Origin: Actinomycetota bacterium
GTDB taxonomy: Bacteria; Actinomycetota; Actinomycetes; Propionibacteriales; Propionibacteriaceae
NCBI GenBank assembly: GCA_046735615.1
Contig: JBKPTR010000075.1
Span: 1,008 to 65,007, forward strand
Length of the DNA: 64,000 bases
Direction of reading: 5' to 3'
Shown: positions 61,791-64,000 of the stretch, piece after piece
Layout of the letters: each line of letters opens with the position of its first letter
Position numbering within the stretch: the first letter of the stretch is position 1
The notes under the pieces: model-generated
What the model saw: the letters and a program-made list of their open reading frames with translations, nothing else
What the model was told of the DNA's origin: nothing
The model's database searches: none
Position numbers and translations under genes: made by a program

Positions 61791-61886
61791 TTACCGTAGC
61801 CAATTCCAAGCGGCCGCGAGGACCACGATCAGGATTAGACCACCGAGTACGCCGGAGACGATGAGCCGACGGGCCCGTGGGTTCAT
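61791..61886 (-). CDS. 31-aa single-TM small protein (not in the ORF track)
   Basis: MNPRARRLIVSGVLGGLILIVVLAAAWNWLR; TATCCT -10 box 6 nt upstream of ATG. Confidence 0.65.
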   Translation of the reverse strand: MNPRARRLIVSGVLGGLILIVVLAAAWNWLR

Positions 61887-61963
61887 GGGGCCAGGATAGG
61901 ACCGCCAGAACTGTGATCCTGAAAGTTCCGCGTCGTGCTTTCCACTCGATTACGGTGTCAGTC

Positions 61964-62620
61964 ATGGGCGAACTTCGCTTGTATGCCGTCGGCATCGACG
62001 AGGTTCGAGGCATGTTCGGAGCATCCCCGCAGGTCGCTGAGCACCTGCGTGAGGTGGCACGCCGGGCCTTCGCCCCACCTGCTGTGGAAGCTCGCGGCGG
62101 TCTGCTGTCCAAGCTGGGACCCATCTTCAAACGTGTGCCCGCGACGCCTGTGATCTCCCCCACACAACCCGAGCCGCACGACGTCGAGGTGCTGCTGGCC
62201 GGGGCGTACGTGCCGCCAGAGCGTGCCGGCGCGACATGGCGGCTACTCGAAACCCTGGTTCAGGGCATTGCCTGGGGCTCGACATTGATGAGCCTGACCG
62301 CCCAGTCGATGGATGATCTTGACTTCGCGTTGGCGCGGGGCGGTGTGTCGGCGTCGGTGGGGCTGCGCCACCTGCTGAACAGCACCCTCAGCCTCAACCT
62401 CGTTCCGGTGCAAGGGCTGACGGTCGGCTGGCATCCGCATCACAAGGCACTGGCCATGGCGGGCGCCTACCGATCCGCGATCGAGGGCATCAAGTCCATG
62501 GAACAGCGGGAAATGATCAACTCGTTGACCATCTGGCTGGATGGCTTTGTGCCGTGGGCGCAGGTGGCTGCCTCGCTGGGTCGTCCGGTGCCTGACTTGG
62601 TGGGCTTCTGGGCCAGCTGA
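61964..62620 (+). CDS. Hypothetical protein
   Basis: Fills the gap, coding-like; TACGGT -10 box 7 nt upstream of ATG 61964. Confidence 0.75.
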   Translation: MGELRLYAVGIDEVRGMFGASPQVAEHLREVARRAFAPPAVEARGGLLSKLGPIFKRVPATPVISPTQPEPHDVEVLLAGAYVPPERAGATWRLLETLVQGIAWGSTLMSLTAQSMDDLDFALARGGVSASVGLRHLLNSTLSLNLVPVQGLTVGWHPHHKALAMAGAYRSAIEGIKSMEQREMINSLTIWLDGFVPWAQVAASLGRPVPDLVGFWAS

Positions 62621-62622
62621 GC

Positions 62623-64000
62623 TCAGCTGGTGACGATCACCACCAGGAGGTCGCCGCCCTCCACCTGCTGCACGGATGGGATCGCGAGTCGCTGCACCAC
62701 GCCGGAGACCGGCGCAGTGATCGCAGCCTCCATCTTCATCGCCTCGATGGTGGCAACGGTGGCACCACTTTCGACGGGATCACCCTCGGTCGCGGTGACG
62801 GTGACCACCCCGGCGAACGGCGCGGCCACATGGCCCGGATTTGTCGGGTCCGCACGCTCTGCTGCCTTGACATCAACCTTGATCGACTTGTCGCGCACCC
62901 GAATGGGCCGCAATTGGCCGTTGAGCGTACACATCACGGTGCGCATGCCTCGCTCGTCGGCGTTGCCGATCGCCGCCAGCCCTAGGATCAGGCTGACCCC
63001 TCTGCCGATCCTGGCAACATGCTCCTGGCCGGGCTGCAACCCGTAGAGGAAGTCGAGAGTGTTGAGCCGGCCGACATCGCCATAGGTCGTCCGATTCGCC
63101 AAGAACTCCTTGGTTGGCCCAGGAAACAGCAGGCGGTTCAGCGTGGCCTGCCGTACCTGGCCCTTGTCATCAAGATCAGCTGAGTCCTCCGGCGAGAGGT
63201 CGACATCTCGGATCGGCACCGTACGCCCCTGCAGCGCTTTGGTCCGGAACGGTTCCGGCCAGCCGCCCGGGGGGTCGCCCAGCTCCCCATTGAGAAAACC
63301 GATGACCGAGTCAGGAATGTCGTAGTTCTGCGGATTCTCAGCGAAATCGTCTGGATCGGCGCCCACCGCGACCAGGTGGAGCGCCAGATCCCCGACCACC
63401 TTCGATGATGGCGTGACCTTGGGCGGCCTGCCCAAAATGGCATTCGCCGCGGTATACATTGCCTCGATCTGCTCGAACTTCTCCCCCAGCCCGAGCGCGA
63501 TCGCCTGCTGGCGGAGGTTGGAGAGCTGTCCACCAGGAATCTCGTGGTCGTAGACGCGGCCCGTGGGGCTGGGCAAACCAGACTCGAACGGCGCGTATAC
63601 CTTGCGCACTGCCTCCCAGTAGGGCTCTAGCTCCATCACGGCCCGCAGGTCAAGGTTGGTCGGCCGCTCCGTGTTCGCGCACGCCGCCACAAGTGCCGAC
63701 GCCGGGACCTGACTGGTGGTTCCGGCCATCGGGGCGCTGGCCACGTCAACCGCATCCACGCCCTCCTCGATGGCAGCGAGCAAGGTTGCAAGTTGACCAC
63801 CTGCGGTGTCGTGGGTATGGAGGTGAACCGGCAGGTCGAAGTTCTGCCGCAGGGCTGCGACGAGCTTGCGGGCCGCCGGCGGGCGCAGCAAACCAGCCAT
63901 GTCCTTGATCCCGAGGACGTGCGCGCCGGCGTTCACGATCTTCTCGGCCAAGTGCAGGTAGTAGTCGAGTGTGTAGAGATCCTCAGCCGGTGAGTTCAGA
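62623..64000 (-). CDS. pyc: Pyruvate carboxylase, C-terminal part (5' end outside the window)
   Basis: IKDMAG, HLHTHD, HEIPGGQLSN, KVTPSSKVVGD, biotin motif EAMKME. Confidence 0.95.
   Translation of the reverse strand, partial: LNSPAEDLYTLDYYLHLAEKIVNAGAHVLGIKDMAGLLRPPAARKLVAALRQNFDLPVHLHTHDTAGGQLATLLAAIEEGVDAVDVASAPMAGTTSQVPASALVAACANTERPTNLDLRAVMELEPYWEAVRKVYAPFESGLPSPTGRVYDHEIPGGQLSNLRQQAIALGLGEKFEQIEAMYTAANAILGRPPKVTPSSKVVGDLALHLVAVGADPDDFAENPQNYDIPDSVIGFLNGELGDPPGGWPEPFRTKALQGRTVPIRDVDLSPEDSADLDDKGQVRQATLNRLLFPGPTKEFLANRTTYGDVGRLNTLDFLYGLQPGQEHVARIGRGVSLILGLAAIGNADERGMRTVMCTLNGQLRPIRVRDKSIKVDVKAAERADPTNPGHVAAPFAGVVTVTATEGDPVESGATVATIEAMKMEAAITAPVSGVVQRLAIPSVQQVEGGDLLVVIVTS

Overview
High-GC actinobacterial chromosome segment; gene content and order suggest a Propionibacteriales (Microlunatus-like) organism, which is an inference. 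It is mostly core housekeeping: pcrA, pdxST, guaA/guaB/guaB3, groES-groEL1 with two CIRCE boxes, tsaEBD-rimI, alr, nnr, acpS, glmS, coaA, glmM, rplM-rpsI, citrate synthase, trmB, truA, sodA, pdxH and the 3' part of pyc. It also carries a PspC/two-component envelope-stress cluster, a subtilase divergent from an SSI-type inhibitor lipoprotein, a TCS + LolA-like + ABC module, and a small decaying accessory patch at about 43.8-49 kb. I saw no tRNA, rRNA, CRISPR array, integrase or transposase. The main unexplained signal is a dispersed intergenic element of about 116 bp, with about 10 full or partial copies in 64 kb. It folds into four nested stems. Stem sequences vary between copies but stay paired, while the purine-rich internal loops (GAGCGTCGGWA / GCGCGA and two 12-nt GA-rich loops) are conserved. 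One copy appears to sit inside another, longer modular variants exist, and one copy supplies the glmM stop codon. Other oddities are a 61-bp double-hairpin tandem duplication, a half c-di-AMP-riboswitch-like leader, an unannotated 31-aa leaderless membrane peptide and a (GGGGCTC)5 G-quadruplex-type run. All alignments and folds were done by eye.
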